In this document: positions 1 to 12,866 of the stretch, piece after piece
Layout of the letters: the number at the start of each line of letters is the position of its first letter
Numbering within the stretch: the first letter of the stretch is position 1
Assembly (NCBI GenBank): GCA_010093605.1
Contig: MU004192.1
Span: 690,882 to 754,881 of the forward strand
DNA: 64,000 nt
Reading direction: 5' to 3'
DNA from: Lophium mytilinum
Lineage: Eukaryota
Notes under the pieces: model-generated
Database searches by the model: none
Told to the model about the DNA's origin: nothing
What the model saw: only the letters and a program-made list of their open reading frames with translations
Position numbers and translations under genes: made by a program

Positions 1-242
1 GACCTTATCTCGAACGATGATATCAGGAGCAGTGTGTACTTGGCAGATGTGTCTCGAAGCGTTACACAACTAGGCGAGTCAGCTCCGAGGGTTTGCGATT
101 GTACAGTACGTCTATGGTTCCTTTTGACCCCGATGAATAACAGCCTATCAGATGGAGTTTGCTGATCCGTCAGTATAGCTACTCAAGGCTGGCCAAAGGG
201 ATCGTCGGGCCTGGTTGCTCCTTTGCAACATGCGAAGATTAG
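1..242 (+). CDS. Possible 3' end of an unknown gene entering from the left edge
   Basis: Frame 1 is open from base 1 (DLISNDDIRSS...VCDCT). A GTACGT..GCTGAT..CAG intron-like segment follows, then YSYSRLAKGIVGPGCSFATCED*. No family recognised. Confidence 0.3.
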
Positions 243-1115
243 TAACGAGCACGTATAAAATTGCTCATGAATAGACTCTGCGCAACAGAATGAAGGACGC
301 GTCTGCTGACATCAGATGAGAAATGCGGGTTTCTTGATCAGTGCAGTGTTATAAGACAGGCTGAGTAGAAATAAGGTGTTGTCTAGTCCTGCTAGTGCAC
401 GAAGCTTGGCATGCAAGGGTAAAACAAGGCCCCTTGCAAAGTGGTAGTGTACGAATCTGTCCTTTGATTCCACAATTTCATATGCTCTTGCAAAATACTC
501 CCCAAAGGATATTGCACGCTTGCTTAGCATGGCTTGAATCTGATACGGTTAAAAAATCGTAAAACAACATTTTCACAAGGTCGATAGCTTTCCGGGCCAC
601 CTCAGACGGTATTGAACTCCTACAATTCCCTCCACCAATTCTAATCATAGACTCTCAAACAAGCTTGTCGGCACGCAGCACGCCGAGACGACAGGGAAGT
701 TGTGCTGTAGCAGGGTCATTGTTCTAGCTTGCGCAAACGTCGGGCCATGTACGGTAGGAGCGGAATGCATGGTATATACTGTAACGTTACCATAGAAGCA
801 AACGACCAATTTCCACCGTGGATCTGTGACTGTGAACCTAATCGCAGACTTGTCAGTTGCTCTCAAAATAGAACTATAAAATGGGCTGAAGTTTCATTGG
901 TCGAACCGCGCAAAGCACGGAGCGTCCAGCCAACTCGCCTGGCACGCTTCTTACTGCATATGTATGGCGCAGTTATGCAGACCCCCTACTGCATTTCACC
1001 TACACACTCCTCGCGTTTCTTTCCGCTTGCCCTCCTTAGTACGTGTCACAACTCACTAAACGGAGGGCTTTCATGCCTAAAGGACACAAATCCGCTTCGA
1101 GTTGATCTCCCAATC

Positions 1116-2304
1116 ATGCTTACGCGACGAATCCCCGTCCGTTTAGCCCTGGCCTCTGGAATAGCAATCTTCGTTCTTTACTACGTCTACATACTGCAAC
1201 TACAACCCCCAACAGAAATTGAGCCTGGAAGATTTGAACATGAGTTCAAAACTGATGCGATCAACGTTGCCGAAAAGGAGCTAGTAGTCGCAAGTCTTCG
1301 TGGAGATGACACTTCGTGGCTAGACGATTTCTTTCCCAGTTGGATCAAGAATGTTTACGTGGCCAACGACCACACAGCGATTCTCACTGTTCCCACAAAC
1401 AAAGGCAGAGAAGCAATGGTCAGTATCTTCACATAAGATTTGGCATGGTGTATTGATAAGAAATACATAGGCATATTTAACGTACGATTCATTCCTTAAC
1501 CCACGCGATTTAAGGTAATTGTCTCACTCCATTCATTTAGATACATTATCGACCGCTACGATGATCTTCCAGACGTGGTCATCTTCATTCATAGCTTGCG
1601 TTATCAATGGCACAATGAGGATCCCATGTACGGTAAGTTCGACCCCACATAGAAGCACAGCACTTTTGCAGGCGTCTAACAGCTTGGTAGACGGCGTGCC
1701 AGTCCTCCGCAATCTCCAACTTAACCACGTGAAGAGACGGGGTTATGTCGCACTTCGCTGCTCCTGGACTATGGGCTGTCCTTCCGAATTGCACCCATTG
1801 AAGCCCAGCTCAGACAACGATGATCGATCTAAGAACGAAGCAGCATACGCTTCCGTCTTCAAAACCTTGTTTCCCAATTCGACAGTTCCCGAGGTAGTGG
1901 GAGCTCACTGCTCCTCGCAATTCGCTGTATCCCGCGAGCGGGTTCGCGAAAGATCAAAAGCCGAATATGAGAACATCAGAAAGTGGCTCTTGGAGACCGA
2001 CTTAGAGGATCAGATCAGTGGTAGAGTGCTAGAGTATTCATGGCACAGTAAGTCGTGCTTGGTTACTAGAAAGGTGAGAGACACCGACTAATGAGCTCTT
2101 ATAGTCATTATGCAGATGCCAGCTGTGGATTGTCAGGATGCTGGGCAGTGCTTCTGCGAAACATTCGGCCTATGCAATCTCACATGCACAGAGAGTGGGT
2201 GTGACAAGCGATACAAGCTGCCTTCATACTCCGTCATACCAAATGATTGGCCTGAAGTAGGCCCTGGAAGTGATGGGTGGCCAGAACGTGGTTGGGCGGA
2301 TTGA
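1116..2304 (+). CDS. DUF3431-family membrane-anchored protein (multi-exon)
   Basis: N-terminal TM segment, then ELVVAS..DTSWL, VPTNKGREAM.YL.YIIDRYDDLPDVVIFIHS.RYQWHNEDP, GYVALRC....GCP, CSSQFAVSRERVR and GRVLEYSWH. These motifs are typical of fungal DUF3431 and are joined by GT-AG introns. Confidence 0.85.
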
Positions 2305-2630
2305 AGAATCAATACTTGCGATTTTGTCAAGCTCATGCTCGCGGCATGGTACATTTCAACATGGTACATTTCAAGTATACAACGCCCAGATGCGTAAGCC
2401 ATGCGGCCTCAAGTCCGCAGCAGGCTTTGAAGAAGTATCGATACCAGGGGAAGAGCGGCAATTAACGACTCATGAGTTCATGCATGGGGCTGTGGTGTGG
2501 ATAGTCCGGACTCGCGGTATCGCTGGATGACTTCATCGTGAGTGCAGTGGAATGACAGATTGGATGCTTCGAGATTGGGTATTATTCGCGTGAGAAGGTT
2601 CGTACGTATATACGGACATGGCGACCATAT

Positions 2631-3197
2631 CTAGCTCTTACTCTGCACGCAAAGCGCGATGCCCCCAAGCACAAGGCCCATGCCTATCCAAGTGTCTGTG
2701 AGATGTCAGTTCCAAATCCTTTCTCTCAAAGCCATAGCCCACACATACCTCGGTTTATAACCTTCCCCTCTGCCCACCACTCCCCCAAAACTGTAAACAG
2801 AAACGCCAGTGAATTCGTAATCGGAACCGTGAGGCTCAGCTCTGGAAGCCCTCTGTTAGCACGCCGTCCCTTGTTCCCATTCTACAGGATCCGACTTACC
2901 CGCCTTCCCGATCAACAAGAAGAACCATATGCTTCCCGTGACATTGCACAGTAGTGGGATCGCATACGCGGGCCGCCGCAGTAAGTCTACCACCGCCCAG
3001 AACACACCGAGTATCTTCCGCTTTAGCCAGCTGTTTCGTGGGTCTGTGACTGAGGGACGCGTAGGAGGAGTGTAGTTTATGGCTGCCCGCCGCATGAAGG
3101 GCGTCGTGAGACCCCATGCAGCGCCGACGAGGAGGAAACCGAGGACCCAGCGAATGATTGAGGGTTGAGGCTCGGCGTGGGGTGCGTCGGGGTCCAT
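2631..3197 (-). CDS. TMEM234-like small membrane protein (EamA/DMT-related)
   Basis: LVGAAWGLTTPFMRRAA...YAIPLLCNVTGSIWFFLLIG, then after an intron ELSLTVPITNSLAFLFTVLGEWWAEGK. The last exon ends LGMGLVLGGIALCVQSKS*. Confidence 0.8.
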
Positions 3198-4106
3198 TGT
3201 TGCTGATGGTAGAGAATTGAGTTGGTGTGTGGCGACGAAGAAAGATTGGCGTGCTGTGGCGACGTCTAGATAGCTATACTTCTTCTAACGGTGTTTGGGA
3301 TGGCACTAGGAGTCGCGAAGCTCTCCCGAGAGAGATCGAATAGCTGACTAAGCCGCACTCCTCTTGGCATCCTCGATGTCTACTCACGATTACCTTACTC
3401 TTGTCATCAAATACACATCACTTGGTACGCTAGTTGATTAATTCGACCTATTCGAGTAATGGCGGATTGATAAAGCTCAATAGCAGTGTTCTGATTTGAT
3501 ACGCCGATACACATACTACGAGAGTCTGCAGTAAGCTATGCTACCTGACAATGACTTCTAGATGATCTTCAAAAGTGATAGCCGCTATAGTCGCATCTAG
3601 AGTTGGACAATCTGGGTCATGAGGCGTCGGAACCCGAATACGAGCCCTCCAGAGGACTAAAGGTACTACCTATATATACTAGTCGGTGCCCGCGGTCCAA
3701 CAACACCGACATTATCAGACACATCTATTCAACATAGTACAGTGCAAGTGTCTTGCTCTCTCATCAAAGCTACCAACTCGGAAACTCTCATTGTAGCTAC
3801 TTCAGACAGGTATACTGTACCTTGATGATCGCGAACTTTTGAGCTTATCGGTCTTACAGATCTTATATCCGTGGTGTTTCAAGGTTCGCATCAACGAGGC
3901 GCTTGAGAGATCTTGTTTCTGTTTTTCGCTACCATATAAAGACAGATTTACCTTACATCGACTCTACTTCCTTGCCAGTATTAGAACTCAATCACGCCTT
4001 GGAAAAAGGCGCCCGCCGACATGGCAGACACGAGTGTTGTGAAAGCATGTAATTCTGGCACTGTCCTTGTGCCAAACTGCACAGATACAAATCCAGGTCA
4101 GTCTTA

Positions 4107-4814
4107 ATGGAGAATTTCTTATTGCTTAACGACAGTCAGTTGACGTCAACAGTGCTTTTCCTCCAAGCTTCTCAGCAGCCAGCTTCAACATTTCTCGACC
4201 TGCCATCGGAACTCCGACTGCAAATCTTTCGATACGCCTTTGACCCCGGCGATCTTATATCCATTCGCCGCAACCCTGCGGTGCTGACCAGCAACTCTTT
4301 CAAGAATGACACCCGTTTTGCCAACCGGTCTTTACGCCTTGCCACGATCTGTCGCGCAGTAAGCCAAGAGGTCGTCGAAGCATACTACAGCAGCGACGCC
4401 CTTCCCTTGAAGGTAGAATGGGCCGAATATTTCTCCCAGACCAAGCAACTCTTACTACCTCCGAGACATGTACGACGCTTCGTCAGGAGAATTGCCTTTT
4501 ACAACTCCACCGAGAACTTCTGGCACTCGGTTATAGGGCAGGGTCAAAGTTTAGCGCCGCTCCAAAGGTTGGAAGAGCTGGGGTTTACGCACTTGAAGTC
4601 GGTTTATGTTGTGATAGGTGACGGTACGGCGGAGATTATCAATCTATGCTTCCAAGAGCCGCGCAGAGAGAGGTCTAAACTGGAGAGGCTGGATGAGACT
4701 CGTCAAGCTTTTGGCGGCCTACGCGTTCGTGCGGATTCGGTCTCCATTTTTGGCCTCGAGCGCCATCCGGAGTTCACGAGTGAGCTGGAGAAGGCCGTTA
4801 CACTGTATCGCTAA
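4107..4814 (+). CDS. Hypothetical protein with N-terminal F-box-like/2EXR-like motif
   Basis: FLDLPSELRLQIFRY motif followed by LATICRAVSQEVVEAYY. The true start may lie in an upstream exon. Confidence 0.6.
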   Translation: MENFLLLNDSQLTSTVLFLQASQQPASTFLDLPSELRLQIFRYAFDPGDLISIRRNPAVLTSNSFKNDTRFANRSLRLATICRAVSQEVVEAYYSSDALPLKVEWAEYFSQTKQLLLPPRHVRRFVRRIAFYNSTENFWHSVIGQGQSLAPLQRLEELGFTHLKSVYVVIGDGTAEIINLCFQEPRRERSKLERLDETRQAFGGLRVRADSVSIFGLERHPEFTSELEKAVTLYR

Positions 4815-4897
4815 AGTCCCGTTTCGATTAACCGCGGTGAGTGCCTAGATCGGAGTCGTAGCACCGAACGTTATTATCTCAGTTCTCACTCCTTTTC

Positions 4898-6772
4898 TCA
4901 ATAGGGCTCATCACTCGTTTTGGTTCTTTTATGTATAAAATGCAACTTATTCGATCTTCTTTTCCGACATTCTACATGAAAACTCTCCATCCTCGTCTTG
5001 AATGGGGATCTCCTGAACGCAAAGAACGCTATCAAATATACGCCGGCTCCGAAGAACAAAAGTCCGGCATACGCTACGAACCCCTTCAAATACTTCGGTG
5101 CATCAGTGCCGGGGAACAGATAGCTTCCGTATATCTGCGCCAGGTTGCCCATGCCGTTGATGATGGCCAACGAAATCGCACGCGTCTCTGGCTCCAGAGG
5201 ACCCATGCTGACGGAAGCATATGAGAGGGCCAGTGGGTTTGCCGTCCAGATGGCGCTGTTAATGAAACAGAGGAAGATGTAGCGAGGAATGTAAGCGTAG
5301 ATGCCAGCGGTAAGAGCGCAGAATATAGACCCCATGACTAGCACACCACCGGCCATTATAGGACGATAGGAAGGAACCCGATCGGCAATGATGCAGGTAG
5401 GGACCGCAATGGCGAAGGCGACTACGTAAAGAGGAACCGTCATGTATCTATTTGAATGTGAGTTCGAAGTCTCAGTCTAAGTGAATGTTGGAAGCTTACT
5501 GTGCTTTTACAGCTGTGTATCCAAGACCCTTCACGAGGGTGGGGTTGAAGTATGAGAGTGAGTAGCAACCGATGATGGTCATGTAGCCTGCGCAAAGCAG
5601 CCAAAGCCTCCAATTGCTGATTGCATGAACGAATGCTCGCCAGTGCGTTACTTCAGATCGCTCGCCGGCCTCTCCTCGACTAGTAATTCCGTCCGCTTGC
5701 AGCCGAGCTACTGCGAGGTCGCGCTGAGCCTGCGTCAGCTTCTTTGTTGTGGCTGGGTAATCGAGCAGGAAGAAGGGCGCGATTAGAGCAGCGCCGATGG
5801 TTGCTACCCCTTCGACGATGAATAACCTGGTGGAAGATTAGTAATGAGCTCAACTTGAACAATGAATGGACCATACCATCTCCACCCCGCAATTCCGTAC
5901 TTCCCATCCAGCGAATCTGTTATTGCTCCTGCGATTATCCCACCGAACGCTCCGGACAAGATGCCTGCACTCAAAAATATCATGAATCGTTTAGATCTGA
6001 TATGCAGCATTAGCCCACGTCCCGTGTCAGCTTCTTTGGGACTTACTGTTCATGTCGTCGGTACCATGTAGAGATGATGAAGAGAATAGCAGGCTATGAC
6101 TCCCATCAGAAAGTTGCTGCAATAAGATTTTTTCCGCGCAACTCACACTAAAACCCGCCTCCATAATTCCTAGGACGAATCGTACGCCGAGAAGCTGTGC
6201 AGGAGTCTTCACAGCGGACATGGATGCCGCAACGGTGCCCCAGCAAATCATCAGCAACGGGACATAGAATGATGGCCGCCATCGGGACATTATCATACTT
6301 GAGACAGTCAGTATCGAACATAGCTACCTGAAGATCAAGGTGAGCTTACTTCGAGGGCACCTCGGCCACCACATAGCCGACTTGGAACAGTACGATTGTG
6401 AGAAAGTACTGTGTATCCGTGAGGCCGATGTCAACGTTCATTCCTGCGACCTTGGCATTGCCTTTCGCGTTTGTGTTAATTCTGCTTTTCGGGAGACGCA
6501 TCCTCTAACATACCTATGTTTGTTCGGTCCTAGATTTCAGTTAACATCGTTTGAATAGGCTTATAACACATGCACGCTCATACCATGTAAGAGAATACAT
6601 AGAGCACCCATATCGTCGGCATGAGGAAGAAGTCGATCTTCCGCACTAACTTCTTCTCCTCGTCCGTCTTCTTGATGAAGACGGCATCCTCAAGGTCTTG
6701 TTTCCGATCTGTGGTTGCGAGATGGTCTACCGTCTCAACCCAACTTTTAGGGTCCTCAGGGTGTGCTGCCAT
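4898..6772 (-). CDS. MFS transporter, anion:cation symporter (allantoate/nicotinate permease-like) family
   Basis: EEKKLVRKIDFFLMPTIWVLY, RFVLGIMEAGF, LSGAFGGIIAGAI..LDGKYGIAGWRW and RAISLAIINGMGNLAQIYGSYLFP..DAPKY. Multiple introns. Confidence 0.9.
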
Positions 6773-7500
6773 TGTAGAGCGTGTCGTAGATTAAGAATAG
6801 AGACGAATGAAAATAGCAGGAGAAGATAATGATTTGAAAGGCGTAAAGGGCAGAAAACCGAATGGTTGCGGTCTTCTCTCCACTCTGATATATAGATTGT
6901 CGGAGCATCAAAGCACTAAGGAAATGGGCTTTACATCGACGGCAAGCATTTCCGACTCTGTGGTGCTGAAGGACGCCACCGGCGATTTTGTGGAGGTACC
7001 CCATGGGGAAACTTCAGCGAACTGGGATCACGCTTGCTGCTAGTCGATCCCCACCTTTGCGGCTGCTGATATCCTGCATGATTCAAGCTTGTTAGTGGCA
7101 CGGAGATGTGCTCGTGGCCCCGGTAGAGGTGTACTACGAGCCTCCGTGGATCCTGGTATGGTTAAGCTCCAACGTCGTGAGGGGGAGTCGCGGGCTGATT
7201 CATTAGTGGGACGGAGTGATGTGGAGCACGAGTCATGGTCACCATCGATGATGTAAATACAAAGAGATTTGATTTGGAGGTAGTTAAGAGTTATCGATGA
7301 TTGAGTATGATAAAATTTGACGTCCAGTTACTCGTTTACTGCAAGTAGTCAATTGTTAAAAAATCTGGGAATCCGTGTGCTGTTCGAATCGGGGACTACC
7401 CTCGGATGATTCATTGAGACGCCAGCACTGAAGCCGGGCATAAATAGTTCCAAATCTTTCTTTACGCTGGAAGACAATCTTGATTAGATCAAGGTGTGTG

Positions 7501-8470
7501 CTACACTTCGTGTTCTATATCCGCCACTCTTGGGACTTTATTCAAGCATACTCCGCAAAAGTCGGCCACCGTTTCAATCTGACCTCACGTTAGTACAACG
7601 CAGTAATCTAGGGTGCCTCATTGAGCGCTCTTATACCGACTTACACATTGCTGAATCGTTTCCGTATCTGAATTACTGATTCCAATACGCCTGGTGCCTC
7701 TCAGGTGCCAATGAGTTTCCCGTGGAAGATTCTGAATCATGATCCCGGACAATACGACAAGTTCTGTGTCGACGTCGTTGAGAATGGTGTGGTCGGAGAG
7801 GTAGAGGCCGTAGGTGATGTTCTTGCTGAGCCAATCTATTCATTGACTGTGTCAGACCGAAAGCAAGCGAAATTAAGAGAACAACTTGGGTTCCTTACCG
7901 AAATCCCTTTGCGATGACAGCGTCTCATCAATTTTGCCCTGATTATGGAGGTATATCCGATCCTGCCATGCATGTCCGCGATTACGGTTTGCCTCGTCGC
8001 ATTGCCAACCTTCTCTGCTATTGATCAGCCTACAGTTTCTCAACAAGTTTGGACTGAGCTCGAACCTTGAGAAGGAGTAGTCCTTGTCTTCAGGCCGGGT
8101 GATGGCTTCGATGTCGAATATCGCCTCTAAACACTTGCAAACACCAATGAGTGGCACGAGTTTTACCAAGGCCTCTCGTAACCGCCTCATCAATGCTTTG
8201 CGAGAATCCGAGCTTGCATACTCCGGTTTGGAGACGAGGTGTTTGTAGAGGGTTGGGGCGAAATCCGGCTTGCTACCGCCGCAGAGAGCTGCTATCTGGA
8301 GCAAACATCAGCAATTGCAGGTTCTAGGGTATACTTGAGGGTATTCCTACAGTGATTAGGTACCACTTGTCATTGCCGACAGTCTTGGATGGGAATTTGG
8401 CCTCAATGGCGTTGAAGAGGGCAACCGCCTCTTCCTCAGACGGCTCAGGGAGTGGCTGTGCTTTGCCCAT
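7501..8470 (-). CDS. AhpD/carboxymuconolactone decarboxylase-like fold protein
   Basis: MGKAQPLPEP..., RRLREALVKLVPLIGVCK, NRNRGHAWQDRIY and WHLRGTRRIG; ends KVPRVADIEHEV*. Pattern of a fungal AhpD-like family. Confidence 0.65.
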
Positions 8471-9100
8471 CTTGATTGAAGACTTGAGAGGCTTGTAGAA
8501 CGAAGATGAAGAGAGAGCTCGAAAAGGTTGATCGTGGGCCGATGTTCGGAATACCTCCCCTAGAGCTTACTTGATGACGACTACCTCATTTTATTGGATG
8601 CCTAACCTATCGGGTGGCAGCACCCGGCCTGTACTACCATTCTGGCAATGATTGATATCACTCCATAAAAGCTCGCAGCCTTAATTCTAATAACACTGTC
8701 TACCTTAAGAAGTTCTTATTGGTGTATAAGTGTCAAACGCGGAACCATACCGCGAGTAGGGCCGACGGAATGAGGTGGGGTGTCACGGCGTCCAACTTCC
8801 CCGCAGCAACCGGAGAGCAAGCTTCCTCCCCGGCCACATGAACATCAGATGATGAATATAGCCAGGGATTGGCTGTTTCGGGCTCAAAATGTCGTGGATA
8901 TTAACACGCGTTTCACGGTCTTAATGATCTGAAGTGGAGCCCTGGGTGAAGGTTTCCAAGTGAAAAAGCTTTGTCTCAGAACATACAGAGACGTAGCAGA
9001 ACCACTGCTCACCTTTCACTTTCTCTTCCCTGTCTATTTATTGACTTTCGTTAAGCTTTGAGCGAGAAGTTGAGCTCACCAGCTATTCCTCTGTTTCAAT

Positions 9101-10116
9101 ATGTCATCCTCATTTCCCAGCGCGAAGTCAAAGACAGTAATCGTAACAGGCGGCGCCAATGGCATTGGTGCTCAAACTGTCCGTACTTTCCACCAAAACG
9201 GTTCCAATGTCGTGATAGCGGATTTGCCCTTTGCGAAAGAAGCTGCGGAGGCTCTTATTTCGTCTCTGTCAGATGCGTCTCGAGCTCTGTATGTGCCTAC
9301 CAACATTCTGAATTGGTCCGATATGAAGTTGTTGTATCGCCAAACCGTTGAACAATTTGGCCGAGTTGATATTGTTATCGCCAATGCTGGAGCTATGGAA
9401 AGTAAAGACTTCTACGATTTGGAGACGGACGAGGACGGGGACTTGAAAGAGCCCGTGGAAGCATATAGAATTGTTGACATAAACCTTAGGGGCACCATGA
9501 ACAGTATGTAAATGCAATCTCTTAAGCGATTCTGGCTGGGTGCTAACAGTCAGCAGCATTACGCCTCGCGATGCACCACATGCGATCGAACCCAGTAGGC
9601 GCGGACGGCTCGCGGGGCTCTATAGTACTAATAGCGTCAACGTCGGGCTACTTCGGAGGAACAAGTGTCGTCTCATACGTCGCGTCGAAACATGGAGTAG
9701 TAGGCTTGTTCCGGGCCTCGCAAAAGGCTGCGGATCGATGGAACGTTAAACTCAATGTGGTGGCACCGTTCTTCACACCCACACATATTACCGGAAGTTA
9801 CGCGGAGAAATGGAATGAGAGGGGTCTTCCGGCAAACACAGTTGAAGGTGTGGCAGATGCGATCATTCAGACTTCAACCGATGGCGGGAAGAAAGGGGAG
9901 TGCATTTTGGTTAGTTGTCCTGCCTTAAGACTAAGAACCTTACTCTGACATATGGCTCCGTAGGTTGCTGGGAAGCAAATTAAAGAGATCGAACTGGCCA
10001 GAACGGCACTGGTGAGAGAATGGGTTGGCGAAGACACCGCAAATCTGATGGCCGAAGGAGGGAAGTTCTTTGATGAGCTGGGAGGATATCCACTGCCAAA
10101 GGCCACGCGAAAGTGA
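9101..10116 (+). CDS. Short-chain dehydrogenase/reductase (15-hydroxyprostaglandin dehydrogenase-like)
   Basis: VIVTGGANGIG Rossmann motif, FGRVDIVIANAG, SIVLIAS and catalytic YVASK. Two introns. Confidence 0.92.
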
Positions 10117-10635
10117 CCGACATGTCTTGATGAAGGAGTATTCATGATGATAGGCCATAGCATCTCGAGGAAATATTCGCTACATGATGGTTATTGATGG
10201 AAGAAGCAAAACTTGACAAAGGAGTCCAATCGTCCCCTCATGACTTCCACGAGTTATGACCCGGAAGGTAGTACTGTTCTTTACTGCCTTATAGAACGAG
10301 ATCATATCTATATTAACAAGAGAATGATTGCTGTTGAAAGAGGTCAAGTTGCAAAGACATCACACGTGACTGACACGTGATGAAGGGAGTGACGTCGATC
10401 GACGTCTGCTTCGACTTCGATTAACTCTCACATGTTGACATTGACCTCAACTCTACTCACTCTCCCAATGACTTAACATTGATGCGCTCAGTTCTATAGC
10501 CGCCTATCACTGATTTCTCTTATCACTAAGCTTCCCTTCATTCTATAGGTTTAAAAGTACACTTACGAATATCTAAACATCTCAAACTCTCGAGGCCTCT
10601 TACATCTAAGCCCACTGCGCCCATAGCTTACACCT

Positions 10636-12087
10636 ATGGTTAGAAAAGACACTATGAATACTCTCCCAACCGAGCTTCTTCTCCATATCCTCTCCCACCT
10701 CGATGTTCCCCCGCCATCCGTTACACGATTCTCCCACGAGCCTTCTATCCTCCTCACGAAAGCAAAATCTACACCCCTCAAATCCCTGCGCTTAACATCC
10801 CACCGCTTCCATGCTCTCGCTACTCCAATCCTCTTTCGATACTGCGTTCTCAGCCTCGACCACGCGCCACTATTGCTCCCAGTCGACGCGCGCACCCTAG
10901 ACGCCATGCAAGCCGCGCTCGAGACACTCTCGCCACACGAGTTGGGAATCTATACAAGGATGAGGGCGAAGCTGGATGCTACACAACCGGGTGCGTATCG
11001 AGAGGACTTCGATACCGTGATGCTGGAGTTTGTCGACGTGAAACCGGGAGACAAGTGGATGGAGCAGTCAGGACGCACATCGTGGGTGCCGCGGCTACCA
11101 CCACACTTTCGGGAAATGGCAACGTTCTTAGGCGAGCACAACTTGCGGCATAAGGTGAATGGTCTGGTTGTGGTCGCCCAGCGCGACTACGAGCCGGATT
11201 TTGGATATAGCACCACTACGGTTGACGGGCCGATGTACACGTACCATGCCGTCCAGGACCTCTGGAATAGTGTGTTTACGCTGCTAGATCCGGAAAGAGT
11301 AGTCGTAGCGGCGCCGCCGGGAACGCTCGCGACGTTGACGGAGACGAGTACACTTAGCTCGGATGGCTGGGCGTTTGAGATGTTATGTCATTACTTAGAA
11401 CTACGACAGGACAGACCTAGGAGATCAGAGCGCGAATGGAAGGCAGAGGAGCTAGGGTTTCAGGGCTCGAAGGGCTACGTGCTCGGTGCAGGCCCAGTAA
11501 TAGGGGATAGGAGAGGTCTGTTGATCTACGCGCGTCCATGGACGCATATTGGCTACAACGAGGGCAATTCTTTGCCGGTTTATTCCACTTACGAATATCA
11601 TCTCAAGCAGACGCCGAAGGTCCTGTACCTCGTCCTTGCGAGATTAGGCAAGGAGGCGCGCTGTTACGTTCGAAGTTTGACCTTTGTAGCTGTATTCCCA
11701 TTTAGCTCACACATGAGGACGATGCTACGGTCTATGGGAAAGGTCCCAACGTTAAAGAACTTGAGAGTACAGTTAGCGCCAGGCAAGGAGAATAACGTTC
11801 TGACGGATAAAGTCAGGATGAGGAAAGCTCAACGAGGGGACCTCTGGATGGAGCTCGATGGGTGTTATTCGAAGCTGGCGGAATTTTTGTGGTCCTTGGG
11901 TCAAGGGGCAGAGTTTCGCAGCGACGATGGATCAATGGGGTGTGGGGGAGACAGTTTCCAAAGATCGATGAAGAAGATGGGGGACATGTACAATCTTGAG
12001 AACCCAGAGGAGTTAGTGGAGTGGAAGGAGGAGGCCGGGTGGTGGAGAAGGATTGAACTTCTCAAAGATGCTGAACAGGTTAAGTGA
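10636..12087 (+). CDS. F-box domain protein
   Basis: MNTLPTELLLHILSHL and LKSLRLTSHRFHALATPILF. 483 aa single ORF. Confidence 0.75.
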   Translation: MVRKDTMNTLPTELLLHILSHLDVPPPSVTRFSHEPSILLTKAKSTPLKSLRLTSHRFHALATPILFRYCVLSLDHAPLLLPVDARTLDAMQAALETLSPHELGIYTRMRAKLDATQPGAYREDFDTVMLEFVDVKPGDKWMEQSGRTSWVPRLPPHFREMATFLGEHNLRHKVNGLVVVAQRDYEPDFGYSTTTVDGPMYTYHAVQDLWNSVFTLLDPERVVVAAPPGTLATLTETSTLSSDGWAFEMLCHYLELRQDRPRRSEREWKAEELGFQGSKGYVLGAGPVIGDRRGLLIYARPWTHIGYNEGNSLPVYSTYEYHLKQTPKVLYLVLARLGKEARCYVRSLTFVAVFPFSSHMRTMLRSMGKVPTLKNLRVQLAPGKENNVLTDKVRMRKAQRGDLWMELDGCYSKLAEFLWSLGQGAEFRSDDGSMGCGGDSFQRSMKKMGDMYNLENPEELVEWKEEAGWWRRIELLKDAEQVK

Positions 12088-12866
12088 TGCTACTCCTCTA
12101 CTCAATTGGTTAAAGTCATGTTAGAGGCTCACGGAAAGCGGCAACGTATTTCCTTCTCGATCCACCAGACTCGACCCAAAGATCTGGATGTGGCAATAGG
12201 GCGTCAAATGAACGGCACGTGATAAACCGTAGAAGCCACTCAAGGATCAAAGGGCGCAGTGCATTCTGCTGCCAGGCAAAGTTGCGGCTCTTGTCATTAC
12301 AACATGAAGCCCACATTCACCGGTGTCTAGCCTAGTCTACCCTCGCCTAAGGATCCGGTCAGAACACGTGACAAACTTACCCCCCACAATATATCAGCCT
12401 CACCCCTCATCAAGCGCCTCCTCATACTACGGGAAGTTTCTAGCGGATGGTCTCCGAAATGCGGAACGCCAATCTAGGCATCCCTTGTGCTTTTGCTCAA
12501 CCGATGCCTCCTCTCAACAAGCTCACTGGCAGCGAGAGATGCGAGTGCTGCGCCTCTCCGCTTTGGCCTTGCAATAGGCCGCCTTCTCTGTGATGGTTGG
12601 ATGGCGATTCTCGTGTCTGCAAGCCTGCATATTGTTGCATGCATAATCAAGGCAGAATGGCACGGCTCAAGGCAACCATCGTGGTGTCCCCCGCTCTTGA
12701 GCGACCTCAGCTTATCCGCCCCCACTGGCATCTGCCTGCAAGACTAAAGAGGCTGAGCATTTGATAAGGAGAGAGAGTATATGTAGGCTGGATTCTGGTT
12801 CTATTTTAACGCTCTGAGCTCTCCTATATTTCTTTTGCGAAGAGATCATTGCTCCCACCGCATACC

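Noticed and set aside
2346..2375. 15-bp direct duplication CATGGTACATTTCAA x2
   Set aside because: An isolated slippage duplication in a 3' flank with no further structure.
10360..10410. Two CACGTG E-boxes and the palindrome GACGTCGATCGACGTC upstream of the F-box gene
   Set aside because: Plausible bHLH/bZIP sites, but too short to support without conservation data.
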